64,000 nucleotides of DNA from an uncultured Candidatus Saccharibacteria bacterium (GCA_964502345.1 CAZCWH010000001.1:167-64166); one strand, 5' to 3'. Numbered from the stretch's first letter, positions 26,827 through 36,885 are shown. The notes: generated by a model from the sequence alone, not told the origin. Numbers and translations are program-made.

Positions 26827-27963
26827 TTAGAACGTCGGTGTCGCAATGTAGCGAAGCTCCGTCGTATAGTCGTCGCCTGCTTCTTGGAGCGCCGAGATCT
26901 GAATCTGGTACCCGATGCGTGCGGCGCCTATTCCGGCAGTCACACCATCTGCTGGTCCCGTATGACCCATAACCACTATAGGTGTCGTGCTACCTGATAC
27001 CCATTCATCTGAACCAAACTCTTCTGGTGCAGAACGTGAAGTTGTAGCGTCAGTTGAGGTTAGACCCCAATGACCGTAGGTAGCGATGTCAGCAACAAGA
27101 GCACTTGGCCCTTGCCACGCAGTTGGTGTTTGCGTGTAGGCTCCATCGATGAATCCATCGATTATTCCGCCTGTTGTTGATTCGAGATCACCTGTTTGTT
27201 CTACTGTTACCGTGTAGCCGTGTAGGGCGTTTGTGGTAACAGAAAGATCTTGAGCAAGTGTTTTTGACGTATTGATTTCGAGTGTACCGAACGGTAGCGC
27301 TACATTAGTTGAAGTTGCTGCAGTCGTTGTTGGGCTCCCGTTCACGGTTGAGCTGGCTCCGACGCCAGTGACTGTGAATGTGAGCGAAGCATTGACGCTT
27401 GCAGATACCGTTACTTCATCAATGATAGCGACCCGAACTTGCCCTGAATCGGGCATGGTTCCACCGATTTCAATAAGATGCGATGTCGTTGTTGCAGTCG
27501 GGTTTGAGATCTGAGCATCCCCTCCTCCAAATAGACCAATCTCAATTACGAGTGGTGTACTTGATGCCTGCGGTACGTTACTCGGTGATGTGAGTGTTAG
27601 TACCTGAGCATTGAAGTAGGCTCCCCACACTCCACTTCCATTTACTGCCGCTACTGTTTGTGGAGTAGCTGATGCAGTGATGTCGATATCATCGAATGCC
27701 ATTGCTGGTATCGTGAAATCTACAGGAAATGTAATGGTGATCGTTGAACTTGCGAGCATACCAGTTGGCGTTGTAAACGCAATGGTGTGGTCGGAAGGCA
27801 ACCCTGGTGCAGAACTAGACAACGTATCACTTGCAAAAGTGATTGATGCAGCTTCCGCGGTGCGGAAGATGGTTGGAAGACCTGTACTCCAAAGGAATAC
27901 AGCGATACCAACAATCATTGCAACAGCCTGAAGAGTTCGCACGGTACTTGCCGTGTGAATCAT
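26827..27963 (-). CDS. secreted protein sharing the ~170-aa type-A C-terminal module with the 2471-aa giant protein
   Basis: 378 aa with a signal peptide. Its C-terminal half aligns by eye with the 2471-aa C-terminus (L.F.V.GV.ASST...PFG.L.I...VTTNA..GY... ...RYIA.P.F). Confidence 0.6.
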   Translation of the reverse strand: MIHTASTVRTLQAVAMIVGIAVFLWSTGLPTIFRTAEAASITFASDTLSSSAPGLPSDHTIAFTTPTGMLASSTITITFPVDFTIPAMAFDDIDITASATPQTVAAVNGSGVWGAYFNAQVLTLTSPSNVPQASSTPLVIEIGLFGGGDAQISNPTATTTSHLIEIGGTMPDSGQVRVAIIDEVTVSASVNASLTFTVTGVGASSTVNGSPTTTAATSTNVALPFGTLEINTSKTLAQDLSVTTNALHGYTVTVEQTGDLESTTGGIIDGFIDGAYTQTPTAWQGPSALVADIATYGHWGLTSTDATTSRSAPEEFGSDEWVSGSTTPIVVMGHTGPADGVTAGIGAARIGYQIQISALQEAGDDYTTELRYIATPTF

Positions 27964-28537
27964 AGGCTTTACGTTGTATTAACTACAGTATGTCGACTCT
28001 AATAATGAGCGGTTTGTATTGTTGTGCTCTTTCAACAATATTTACCTAGTAACCATGAGAGTCTCCACCCCTCTTTGATTCACTTTCGAACATACTACAC
28101 TCACCTCGACAACGCTCGGCTGTAAGCATTGGTACAGGATATTAATCCTAATACAAGTATTTCCTTCTCACATGTATGAAGTAAATACCTCGAAATGACT
28201 GTAAGTTCATTGTAACGTGAAGTTTTTTTATGAGCGGTTACTTATACACAAAATGGAGTAAAAATTCTTGTCACGGTAAATTTTTCACAAACCGCCAGCC
28301 TCCCTTGTACTCAAGGACTAAAAAGGCACCCCGTGTAATTGCAACTTATTTAACTAACTTGAGTTCCTTTCATCGCTTTTTCTTCATTGAAAAAGAAAAA
28401 GCGACGAACTCAGAAAATATCGGCCAGTTGCTTATGTCCAAATTGAAAGTTGGAGCAGGGCGTCTCCACAAAGCATCAGGAAAAGCATTGTGGAGACGGA
28501 CTCCTAAAGTATTGTCGCTGCGCTCTGTACTTTAGGG

Positions 28538-29662
28538 TCACCCGGTCCAGTTGAAGAGAAGGATTGAGAAGTCTTCGAGACTGACTCGACCATTTTGATT
28601 AATGTCTGCTGGAGGATTCGAGTTTCCACCTGGCGTATTCCACCAAAAAATCAGGATTGAAAAGTCGATTAGATTTACCTTCCCGTCACGATTGAGATCC
28701 GAGTTACTCGTCGGCCTCCCCTCAACTCCTACAAATAGTGACAGTGCCGTACCATAGGTACTTTCTGTTTTGAGGTTGCCTGTTCCTTCAATGAATCGTG
28801 CCTTTGCGGTGTGTGTATCTGCGGTGACGCTCGATGTATTGAAATCAACACTCCAATTTCCATTCGCGTCTGATGTTGTCCTCAGAGTTTGCTTTCCATT
28901 ATCAATTGATACTTCAACTGCAACACTTGGAACTGTTTGCCCACGCAAAATTATTGTCTCACCGGGATTAGGAGCATTATTGGAAGCACGTATAGTTGGT
29001 GGAATTAGCACACCGTTTACGTTTGTCACTGCACCCTGCGTTATATCAAACGTAGTACTGAATGTTGCAGATCGTGTCCCCGCAGTATCATTTGCCCAAA
29101 AGCTAAGTGATGCTGTACCAGGTTCAGTATCTGTATTAAATAAAAATTCTCCCCTACTATTTGTACGCACAGTCCCCACTGACTCACCATCAATTAAAAT
29201 AGTAACGGTGACATTCGGATACGCTTTCCCCTGCACAGTCACTTGCGTATCGCCAAGTTCGGTATCTCGTCCTCCTGACCCTGAATTTCCACCACCACCG
29301 GTCGATCCTCCTCCTGCATCTGCTTCTTCTTCTGTACAGTCTGCTGCACAAAAATCACCATCGGTATTGTTACCATCATCACACTCCTCTGAATAAATCG
29401 TTTGTAAAATAGCATCACCACAATATGGTGCCCACCTACAAATATCAGTGCACTGTCTTCCTGCGATTGTTGTGCTGTATTCCCCAGTATCTGTTGGGAT
29501 ATCACAGCTTTCTCCTGCATTGACAATAAGGTCACCACAAATACTAATGAGTAGCGAAGTCGTCGCAATACTTGATTGAGACGAAGCAACAAGAGGAACA
29601 AACATGGTGAGCAAACCACATATGCTTAGAATGAAATGATACGCAGGTCGTTTAGCGTACAT
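28538..29662 (-). CDS. secreted dockerin-bearing protein. Myxococcus-type Cys-rich repeats, a Gly-rich linker, two Ig-like domains, and a C-terminal dockerin.
   Basis: CGDxxxxxGEECDDGNNTDGDFCAADC-type repeats. The C-terminus DLNRDGKVNLIDFSILIFWW...DINQNGRVSLEDFSILLFNWTG is a dockerin duplicated-segment motif. Confidence 0.7.
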   Translation of the reverse strand: MYAKRPAYHFILSICGLLTMFVPLVASSQSSIATTSLLISICGDLIVNAGESCDIPTDTGEYSTTIAGRQCTDICRWAPYCGDAILQTIYSEECDDGNNTDGDFCAADCTEEEADAGGGSTGGGGNSGSGGRDTELGDTQVTVQGKAYPNVTVTILIDGESVGTVRTNSRGEFLFNTDTEPGTASLSFWANDTAGTRSATFSTTFDITQGAVTNVNGVLIPPTIRASNNAPNPGETIILRGQTVPSVAVEVSIDNGKQTLRTTSDANGNWSVDFNTSSVTADTHTAKARFIEGTGNLKTESTYGTALSLFVGVEGRPTSNSDLNRDGKVNLIDFSILIFWWNTPGGNSNPPADINQNGRVSLEDFSILLFNWTG

Positions 29663-29665
29663 ATG

Positions 29666-30604
29666 CTAACGTGCTCGCGAGCGTCGTGACTTCCCTATGC
29701 GTATGACAACAAACGCAAACGATATAATAAAGAATAATACTGGTGCAATCACAGAAAGCTTGTGCGGTAATGAAAGTCCACTAAACCCAAAACCAGCAGT
29801 CTGTAATGTTCCATACGGCAAGATACTCACGTTTACTTCACCATTTAACTTAACCTCCTCATCGTTCAATATCTCAAATCGTGCTAGGTAACTTCCTGCA
29901 GGGAGTCTTGTTGGCAATTCAGCGAACACAGTCTCAACTTTAAAAGGATCAACCTCATCTATTTTTCCCTTCTTATGAGTCTCTTCCAAAAGTACCTTGC
30001 CTGTGCTGTCATAGATTCTAAACACAACGTCACTTGGAGCGACTGGAACATTTCCTAAGTTTTCAAGAAGCATTTCAAAACGGATTTTTCCTGGGAAATA
30101 CAACCACCCAACTTTATGTCCTTCGTTTAAATCAGATATGCCAATTTTTCTTACTTTAAAATCTTTAATCTCCTTATCAATGACCGTAATATCTACATCG
30201 ATTTGTGCTCCTAGAGAAATATTTACTGCTCCACCAGACACCTGATCATCGGGGGCACCGGTCTTAATACGAATGTTACCAGTGTAATCCTTAAAATCAG
30301 CATCATCTGGAACCTTTACCCGAACGGTCATTGGAATTTTTTGCGCTCCCTGCGGTAGTAAAAATTCGTTTCCTTCAACAATAGTAAACCACTCATTGAT
30401 ACCAGGAACATCAACACTGATTGTTGCTTTAAGCGCAGTAGTTGGATCACTACGTACGAGATAAATTATTTGCTCATACTCAGAATTTCTTGTAAGACTT
30501 GCGTTCGATACATAGGGAGGCGTAATTCCAAATCCCGCATGAACAGTCGCAGTCACTGAAAAAGCAAGCAGTATAGCCAATAAAAGAGATCTATAGATTC
30601 CCAT
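29666..30604 (-). CDS. DUF916/DUF3324 (CscA)-like membrane-anchored cell-surface protein
   Basis: signal peptide, then GFGITPPYVSN... as a DUF916-like start. Two beta-rich domains, a C-terminal TM, and an RSRRSRAR tail. Confidence 0.5.
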   Translation of the reverse strand: MGIYRSLLLAILLAFSVTATVHAGFGITPPYVSNASLTRNSEYEQIIYLVRSDPTTALKATISVDVPGINEWFTIVEGNEFLLPQGAQKIPMTVRVKVPDDADFKDYTGNIRIKTGAPDDQVSGGAVNISLGAQIDVDITVIDKEIKDFKVRKIGISDLNEGHKVGWLYFPGKIRFEMLLENLGNVPVAPSDVVFRIYDSTGKVLLEETHKKGKIDEVDPFKVETVFAELPTRLPAGSYLARFEILNDEEVKLNGEVNVSILPYGTLQTAGFGFSGLSLPHKLSVIAPVLFFIISFAFVVIRIGKSRRSRAR

Positions 30605-30673
30605 TATTCAAAACGCAGCCGCAAAATGCGTATGCTACCTAATTATCAAACGGTTAAGCCATAAACGCAAGAA

Positions 30674-30699
30674 CCACCGTAGGATAACGGTGGTTTTTT
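30674..30699 (+). terminator. hairpin CCACCGT-aggata-ACGGTGG followed by TTTTTT
   Basis: a perfect 7-bp stem plus a T6 run in plus-sense. It lies just 3' of the stop of minus-strand gene 30718..32601, where the A-run on the other side is weaker. Confidence 0.35.
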
Positions 30700-30717
30700 G
30701 CTGATGGTATTTATAAA

Positions 30718-32601
30718 CTACCAGTCGATTGATTCTCCTACTTTTGCAGTGAAAGTGTTTTCACCGGTATAGTCACCTGCATATGAGATAGTTATTGGAA
30801 CTCTAATACCCCAGAAAGCATCTGCCGTGGCCTGTGATGAGGTTGCTGTAGACTTAGGTACGTTGATTTCAATTTCCTTTGGCGTGGTTGAAGATAGTGT
30901 GAATCCTGCATTAACAGCATCTGTATAGCTTATAGAGCTAGTTGCAAACACCTGCTCACTTTCTGGAATTGTCGATGATGCAGACTGAGGACAGAGAGTT
31001 GATCCAGTATACGTAGTACACATTGATTCACCTGTTACATCTTTATCGAGACCAACGTTTCCAGTTGCAGCTATAGTTGTCTCAGCTACAAGAGGATCCG
31101 TTTGTTGTCCAGGTTCAAGTGCACCATATGGAATCGAAAGCGTGTTGAGAGCGAATGCAAGGAAACTTGTTACCTCAACCCCAGTATCCGCTTCTGAAAG
31201 TGATCCAGTTAATGAGACACCGTTGTTACCTTGTTGCCCATCATCAATAGCACGAACTTGTGCCCTCCAATCGTTCCATGAATACTTGGTAGACGTTGCT
31301 GTTCCATCAGTTGGATCTGCGACATACCAAAGTGGGAATGTACAATTCCAAATCATATCAACGTCTGATGAACCAGTACATGAGGTAGTTGAAGCCGTAC
31401 AATTAAGATTCCAGACAGCACTTGAAACAGAGCTTGGGTAACAATTATTTGGGTCATATGGACCAGTAACTGGGCACGTTGATGATGAACTTGTGATGGT
31501 ACCAGTACCGTTTCTGTAAATACTCAAATCGTAATCAATGACTTCATCTCCAACTCCACCACCAACCGCATCGCAACTATTATTATCTACAGTAGTAAAT
31601 GACAAACTGAAGCCTGTAGTTTCAGCTGCTTCATTCACAAGAACTATATTAGTAGTTGTCGGTTGGACAAGTGAAATAGTCGAGGCAGTAACTGTCGGTG
31701 CAATATTACCTACCGTAAGTATCGAGTTTGTTCCTTGTGTAGTAGTAGCTTCAAATCCGTGACTATCAAAAACATACCCATACGCTCCATAGTTTTGGTC
31801 TTGAGTAGGAACAACTACTGTATACGTAGCGGTTGCATTAGCAGCAACAAATACTGTGGTACTTGCAAGCGTTGTTCCTGTGCATGAGTCAGTTGTCGTA
31901 CTGAAGCCTGCTGTTGCACAAACGAAGAGCTTTACAAAGTCCTGTGTTCCAGATACATCTGCATCAGTTGAAGTACTTGTGAAAACTACAGCATTACCTG
32001 GAGTTGTCGTTGAGTTATCCCAGAATGAAGTAAAGTTTGGTCGGTGATTGATTTCAAATGGTGATGAGTTGGTTGCATTTGTTCCTTGTGTGTATGAGCT
32101 ATTGCATCGTGGTGATACTGAGTTACCGTCGCAAATCCAAGCAAACCAAGCATTGGATTCTGACCAGCTGTGTAGTGATGTGGTTGCAGCTCGTGCCTGT
32201 GTTCCAGAAGTTGTTGTTGCTGAAACTGCATACTGCACACCGTTATTACAGTGTGGCGCGCCATTGCTAGTTGCAGATGCTGTATCGCTTGTACTACATA
32301 TGAGAAGCCAGTAATCCTCAGCGTTCGAGTCTGTAGCGACTGCAACCCACGCAACTACATCCCCTGCATTAGTTGGTGTTGTTGCTGAAGACTCCGTTTC
32401 CTCTGTTGTAGAGGCTGTCCACTGAGGAGGGGTGTTAAGAACAGTAACTGATGTAGTTGCATTTTCCTGAGCAACTACTTGCTTGAGATCATTTGTACCA
32501 AGATTGAAAATAAATACAAATGCAAAAATCAGCACTCCAATGATTGTGGTGTACACAGTGATTTTACCTGCCGTACGTAAATTATCTGTGTTATATGACA
32601 T
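30718..32601 (-). CDS. secreted Cys/Thr/Ser-rich surface protein (627 aa) with the type-B C-terminal module shared with the 7248-aa giant protein
   Basis: N-terminal TM/signal. The last ~330 aa align by eye with the giant protein's C-terminus (PNNCY...DPTDG...WRA...YGALE...FWGI.[IV]P...G[TE]NTF). Confidence 0.65.
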   Translation of the reverse strand: MSYNTDNLRTAGKITVYTTIIGVLIFAFVFIFNLGTNDLKQVVAQENATTSVTVLNTPPQWTASTTEETESSATTPTNAGDVVAWVAVATDSNAEDYWLLICSTSDTASATSNGAPHCNNGVQYAVSATTTSGTQARAATTSLHSWSESNAWFAWICDGNSVSPRCNSSYTQGTNATNSSPFEINHRPNFTSFWDNSTTTPGNAVVFTSTSTDADVSGTQDFVKLFVCATAGFSTTTDSCTGTTLASTTVFVAANATATYTVVVPTQDQNYGAYGYVFDSHGFEATTTQGTNSILTVGNIAPTVTASTISLVQPTTTNIVLVNEAAETTGFSLSFTTVDNNSCDAVGGGVGDEVIDYDLSIYRNGTGTITSSSSTCPVTGPYDPNNCYPSSVSSAVWNLNCTASTTSCTGSSDVDMIWNCTFPLWYVADPTDGTATSTKYSWNDWRAQVRAIDDGQQGNNGVSLTGSLSEADTGVEVTSFLAFALNTLSIPYGALEPGQQTDPLVAETTIAATGNVGLDKDVTGESMCTTYTGSTLCPQSASSTIPESEQVFATSSISYTDAVNAGFTLSSTTPKEIEINVPKSTATSSQATADAFWGIRVPITISYAGDYTGENTFTAKVGESIDW

Positions 32602-32673
32602 GATGCTTATGAACTTGTTAGTACAATTGTACCTAATCCACAGAATATTATAGCCAAGTTATGCACAGGTCGC

Positions 32674-33888
32674 TTATTCATACCGAATGGCATCAAGCGG
32701 GTTGAGAAGTGACGCTCTACGCGCTGGAAAAATTCCAGTTAAATAGCCTACTGCAGCCGAGAAAATCGCAATGAATGTAAGGAAGGTTAGCGGGAAAGAA
32801 AACAAGTTTACTGATTGACCACCGAACTGACTTGCCGCGATGTTCAACAGGATATTCACCACAATCCCCAGCGTTACCCCCATAGCTATCCCCGTCACAC
32901 CTCCCATGAACCCTACGACAATTGACTCGGAAATGAAGAGGAATTTAATGTCACGAGGCGAAGCGCCGAGCGTTCGCATAATCCCAATTTCTTTTGTACG
33001 TTCAAGAAGTGTGACTGTCATTGTGTTGAACATACCGATCGCTGAAACAAGGAGTGCAATACCTCCGAACGTTGCCAAGACTGCCTGCACTCCTTCAAAA
33101 ATCTTTGATGCTTGCTCAACTGTCTTTGAAAGTGCAGTAACCCGATACCCTGCCTTTATGAGTGATTCTTCGGTTACGGTGAGGAATTCATTTGATACCA
33201 CTTTCACTTGAGCACGGTCGTACTCTTCTACCCCCACGTAGTTTTTAAGTTCTTGAAGCATCATGAGTGCATTGAGTACACCTTCTTCCTTTGTAACCCC
33301 TCGAACCTTAAACTGCTTCTCGATTACAATCTCATTGATTGTATCTGTTCCATCGTCTGCAGGAATCAAGAGGCGAAATGAAACCTCCTGTCCTATAAAA
33401 GAATCGATTTTATCATCAGCAATACCGAAAAGCTTTAGAACAGCAGGTGAAATCATCACATCAGTTCCGTTTCCAATATCAGCTTCCTGAAAAACTTCTC
33501 CGTATGTCGCAGTTATACCTGAATATCGTATATATGCAGGTTCTGCTCCTTGAAGGAAGACATTACCAGTTAGACCTTTATAGGTAATGAGCGCAGGATA
33601 CCGTGCGAGCGGAGCAGCATCTTGAATATTTGGGTCCTTTTCAAATTCAGCGATAACCTCGTCAGTGATTGAAAGATTTCGTGCCCCCGTTGCCGAGACG
33701 CCAAGTGAGAGAAGACTGTCACCGAAGACAATCTGTTCAAGAATGATCTGCTGAAGACCAAACCCGAGTCCAACAAGCACAACGACTGCCCCGGTTCCCA
33801 CTCCCATACCAAGAATAGTAAGCCACGTACGAAGTGGATTCGTCTTAAACATTCTCGTTGAGAGTCGAGCGAGATCAGCAACTTGCAT
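32674..33888 (-). CDS. ABC transporter permease, FtsX/MacB-like, with a large extracytoplasmic domain
   Basis: 404 aa with TM1, an ~220-aa periplasmic-type domain, then a 3-TM FtsX domain with TLGAS...G motif context. Confidence 0.85.
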   Translation of the reverse strand: MQVADLARLSTRMFKTNPLRTWLTILGMGVGTGAVVVLVGLGFGLQQIILEQIVFGDSLLSLGVSATGARNLSITDEVIAEFEKDPNIQDAAPLARYPALITYKGLTGNVFLQGAEPAYIRYSGITATYGEVFQEADIGNGTDVMISPAVLKLFGIADDKIDSFIGQEVSFRLLIPADDGTDTINEIVIEKQFKVRGVTKEEGVLNALMMLQELKNYVGVEEYDRAQVKVVSNEFLTVTEESLIKAGYRVTALSKTVEQASKIFEGVQAVLATFGGIALLVSAIGMFNTMTVTLLERTKEIGIMRTLGASPRDIKFLFISESIVVGFMGGVTGIAMGVTLGIVVNILLNIAASQFGGQSVNLFSFPLTFLTFIAIFSAAVGYLTGIFPARRASLLNPLDAIRYE

Positions 33889-33982
33889 ACTGTAGTGTAA
33901 TAGTAAACAAAAAACACCGAATACGAAACCTGGTTGCTCGCATAACTAGCACTCAAAGCTAAAAGCGCACTTTGAGCGTGCA

Positions 33983-35305
33983 TTAATTTTTGTAACTCAC
34001 ATCAACACCGAGTGCGATGAGTTTCTCCATATAGCGAGCAATATCATCTGCTACTTTTTCCTTAAGACCAAGACCTCCTGTTTTTTCGCTTTCCATGAGC
34101 CCTTGATGGAACTGTACATCACCGTAAATACCCGAGAGCCTATCTGCAATGAGTCCAGCCATATTTTCATTTGTCTTTTTTGAAAGCGGTATATTATGAC
34201 ACTGGAGTAAATATTCCCGTACCCGTTCAGCAAATTTATGCTGTTGAAAGAATGCGGCATCTGATGTGTTATCACTTCGGTATCGTCGAACATCATCTGC
34301 CTGTGTTACGAGTGTGACTGAAAGGTCAGACATTCGCTCAGCCGTCACACGATCAATCCCAATACCTCCTTCTTCATACTTGCGGATGAGTGTCTGCGTA
34401 AAGAGTTTTTTATGTATTTTGCCTGAGATAAGCAGTCGAATCGCCTTTTCAAGTCGCACGAGTTGGTCAAATGTATAGTCTTGCGTGAGAAAGTTCGTGA
34501 GGCTTTTCACTCGAAGTGTTTCAACAGAGTCGTACGGAAAAAGACGAGCAAGTTGTTCAAGTTCAGTCACAATAGTCTCGCCTTCCATAACTGGTTTAAT
34601 CTGCTTACGTTGTGGATTAACAACCTCACGAACAATAAATCCATCTTTGAGATAGTACACGCGGTGCGCATATGCAAGGTGTGCTGCATTATGGGAAACC
34701 ATGATGATAGTACGCATATCAAATGTATTGATTTCATCAATCTTATCCATCACTTGCTGTGTCGAAACACTATCGAGATTCCCTGTCGGTTCATCCGCAA
34801 GAAGAATCTGAGGATCATTCACCATGGATCGAGCCACCGATACACGTTGCTGTTGTCCTCCAGAAAGCATAGAAGGAATTTTGTGCGATACCCCTCCCAC
34901 ACCAAAGCGATCAAGGAGCGACTGCGCTCGACGTTCACGAGTTGCCTTATTTGCATCACAAAAAATCATTGGGAGTGCCACATTATCAAGAACTGAGAGC
35001 GAACCAATGAGGTTAAATGACTGGAAGATAATACCCATGACGTATCGTTGAAAAAACACACGTTCTGCTGGTGGATACGCATATACATCATCACCACGAA
35101 TAAGCAGTGTTCCGTCCCCAGGCGGGAGTGAGCCTTGAATCGAATACATGAGTGTAGATTTACCACACCCTGATGGACCGAACAGAATGATATATTCACC
35201 CTCGTAGATATCAGTATTAACGCCTTGGAGTGCTTTAAACTCATTCGACTTACCTTTGTTGTAGGTAATCGTGAGATCTCGACAGACGATGAGTGGTTTA
35301 GCCAT
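33983..35305 (-). CDS. ABC transporter ATP-binding protein (FtsE/LolD/MacB family) with an unusual ~200-aa C-terminal extension
   Basis: Walker A GPSGCGKST, signature LSGGQQQRV, Walker B ILLADEPT, H-loop. The protein is 440 aa against ~230 for typical FtsE. Confidence 0.9.
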   Translation of the reverse strand: MAKPLIVCRDLTITYNKGKSNEFKALQGVNTDIYEGEYIILFGPSGCGKSTLMYSIQGSLPPGDGTLLIRGDDVYAYPPAERVFFQRYVMGIIFQSFNLIGSLSVLDNVALPMIFCDANKATRERRAQSLLDRFGVGGVSHKIPSMLSGGQQQRVSVARSMVNDPQILLADEPTGNLDSVSTQQVMDKIDEINTFDMRTIIMVSHNAAHLAYAHRVYYLKDGFIVREVVNPQRKQIKPVMEGETIVTELEQLARLFPYDSVETLRVKSLTNFLTQDYTFDQLVRLEKAIRLLISGKIHKKLFTQTLIRKYEEGGIGIDRVTAERMSDLSVTLVTQADDVRRYRSDNTSDAAFFQQHKFAERVREYLLQCHNIPLSKKTNENMAGLIADRLSGIYGDVQFHQGLMESEKTGGLGLKEKVADDIARYMEKLIALGVDVSYKN

Positions 35306-35311
35306 AGTGTG

Positions 35312-36823
35312 TTATCCACCGATATTCTTAACCCAACCAAAGGTGCCTTGGAAGTTTTCAATGATTATATCAATGATATTTTTCTCCTGTATTGGAGTAA
35401 AAAGTACGTAGTTCTCGGAATCCACTGCATTCTTCGCTTCATCTTCACAATTAAGCCAAAACTGATACACAGTAGCTGGTGCAAATTCAACAATAACTTC
35501 AACGTGTTGTTCACTGTAGCTGACATCTTTTGCTTCAACTAAGGTTGGGTCTACTCCTCCCACGATACCTTCTCGATAGAAAAGCTTACAAAAAGCTGGT
35601 TCATCAGTACTCCACTCAATGATAGTCTGAATACGCGATTCACCTCCTGGAAAAAGAGTTGACTCGTTTGTTACGTTACTGATTATTGGTGCAGCAGTGT
35701 CCTTAACGGTAATAAATGTAATCGGATTACTTTTTACACGATCACCACCAGCATTTTCTGCAATAACGAATGCGACATATCGTGTCCCAAGCGTGAGGTC
35801 AGCAATACGCATCTGATGTGTCGAAGCAAGTGTTGGACGCCCAATTGAATTTTGTGTACCGGTAGTAAGGTCTTGATACTCAATGAGTGCTTTTGCGGGG
35901 ACTGTTGTGTCCCACGCGAGTGTTGCTGAGTTTTCTTCAACTTTGACGATACGTAGATTTTTAATTTCTGGAAGCGAAGCCTTCGTCATAAATGTGTAAT
36001 CACGACTTTCTCCCAGAATCCCATATGTGTCCTTCGAGCGAACCTTAAAGTGATATTCGGTATATGCTTCAAGGCCAATGAGTCGAACTTCGTGCTCTGT
36101 TGTATTACCACCTGGGTCAGCTTGAGAAAAACTATACTGATCTGGGACATATGAATCAGTTGGTGAAAAAACGACTTCAGAACTTGATTCACGATCTGTG
36201 GTCCACTTGACGATAGCGCTCGTGGTCTCGGCAATAACGGTTGGAGGACCAACAATAGTAAGATCTTCGGTGATACCCTCAATTGCCTTCACGGTCTCAT
36301 TGAGGATTTCCTGCAAAATTTCAGGAGATTGAATTTGTTCAATTTGTTCAACAATTTCCTGTGTTGTCTGTGATTGAGATTGTGATTCACTCTGTACTGT
36401 TTGTTCAGTTTGAGTTTGTGACTCTGCGCCTTCCCCAGCTTCTGCACCAACCTGTGGTGTTCCTTCGGTCAGCACTTTATAGTTAGCTGAAATACCTTGG
36501 TTTCCATCTTCATCAGAAGAAACTACACGAAAATAGTATGTGCGCCCTGGTTCAAGACCGTTGAGGGTGATGGTGTGCTCCGTTTTATCAACTTGAGGAA
36601 CACGAACGATACCGTAATCCTCTTGAAGACCATAATTCACGAGTGAATCTGCATTTTCATCTGTCTCCCAGGTAATCGTTACTGTATCCTCCGCAACATT
36701 CGTAATTTGCACATTGGTTATATCAGGCGGAATTGCGTCAGCAGCACGAACGACTGGTGACACCTGTATGTAGTAAATCAACACAAAAAGCGTGAGCGCT
36801 ACTGAAGAGAGCGAACGTAACAT
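35312..36823 (-). CDS. secreted protein with tandem fibronectin type III domains
   Basis: signal peptide. Four FN3-like units (ITWETDENADSLVNYG..., IVKWTTDRESSSEVVF..., TLAWDTTVPAKALIEYQ..., IIEWSTDEPAFCKLFY...). Confidence 0.7.
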   Translation of the reverse strand: MLRSLSSVALTLFVLIYYIQVSPVVRAADAIPPDITNVQITNVAEDTVTITWETDENADSLVNYGLQEDYGIVRVPQVDKTEHTITLNGLEPGRTYYFRVVSSDEDGNQGISANYKVLTEGTPQVGAEAGEGAESQTQTEQTVQSESQSQSQTTQEIVEQIEQIQSPEILQEILNETVKAIEGITEDLTIVGPPTVIAETTSAIVKWTTDRESSSEVVFSPTDSYVPDQYSFSQADPGGNTTEHEVRLIGLEAYTEYHFKVRSKDTYGILGESRDYTFMTKASLPEIKNLRIVKVEENSATLAWDTTVPAKALIEYQDLTTGTQNSIGRPTLASTHQMRIADLTLGTRYVAFVIAENAGGDRVKSNPITFITVKDTAAPIISNVTNESTLFPGGESRIQTIIEWSTDEPAFCKLFYREGIVGGVDPTLVEAKDVSYSEQHVEVIVEFAPATVYQFWLNCEDEAKNAVDSENYVLFTPIQEKNIIDIIIENFQGTFGWVKNIGG

Positions 36824-36858
36824 ATGTAATCAAAGTGTAGCATCCGACTACTCAAGAG

Positions 36859-36885
36859 CTGATGCATGTTATTAACATGCATCAG
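36859..36885. promoter_or_regulatory. perfect 27-nt palindrome CTGATGCATGTTA-T-TAACATGCATCAG
   Basis: direct inspection. It lies between the giant gene stop (37020) and the FN3 gene start (36823). There is no adjacent U-tract, so it looks more like an operator than a terminator. Confidence 0.4.

Noticed and set aside
28230-28535. 101-aa plus-strand ORF between the 378-aa gene and the dockerin gene
   Set aside because: It runs through two long hairpins (28373-28404, 28461-28498). It is basic and low-complexity with no SD. It is treated as a non-coding 3' region of the dockerin gene.
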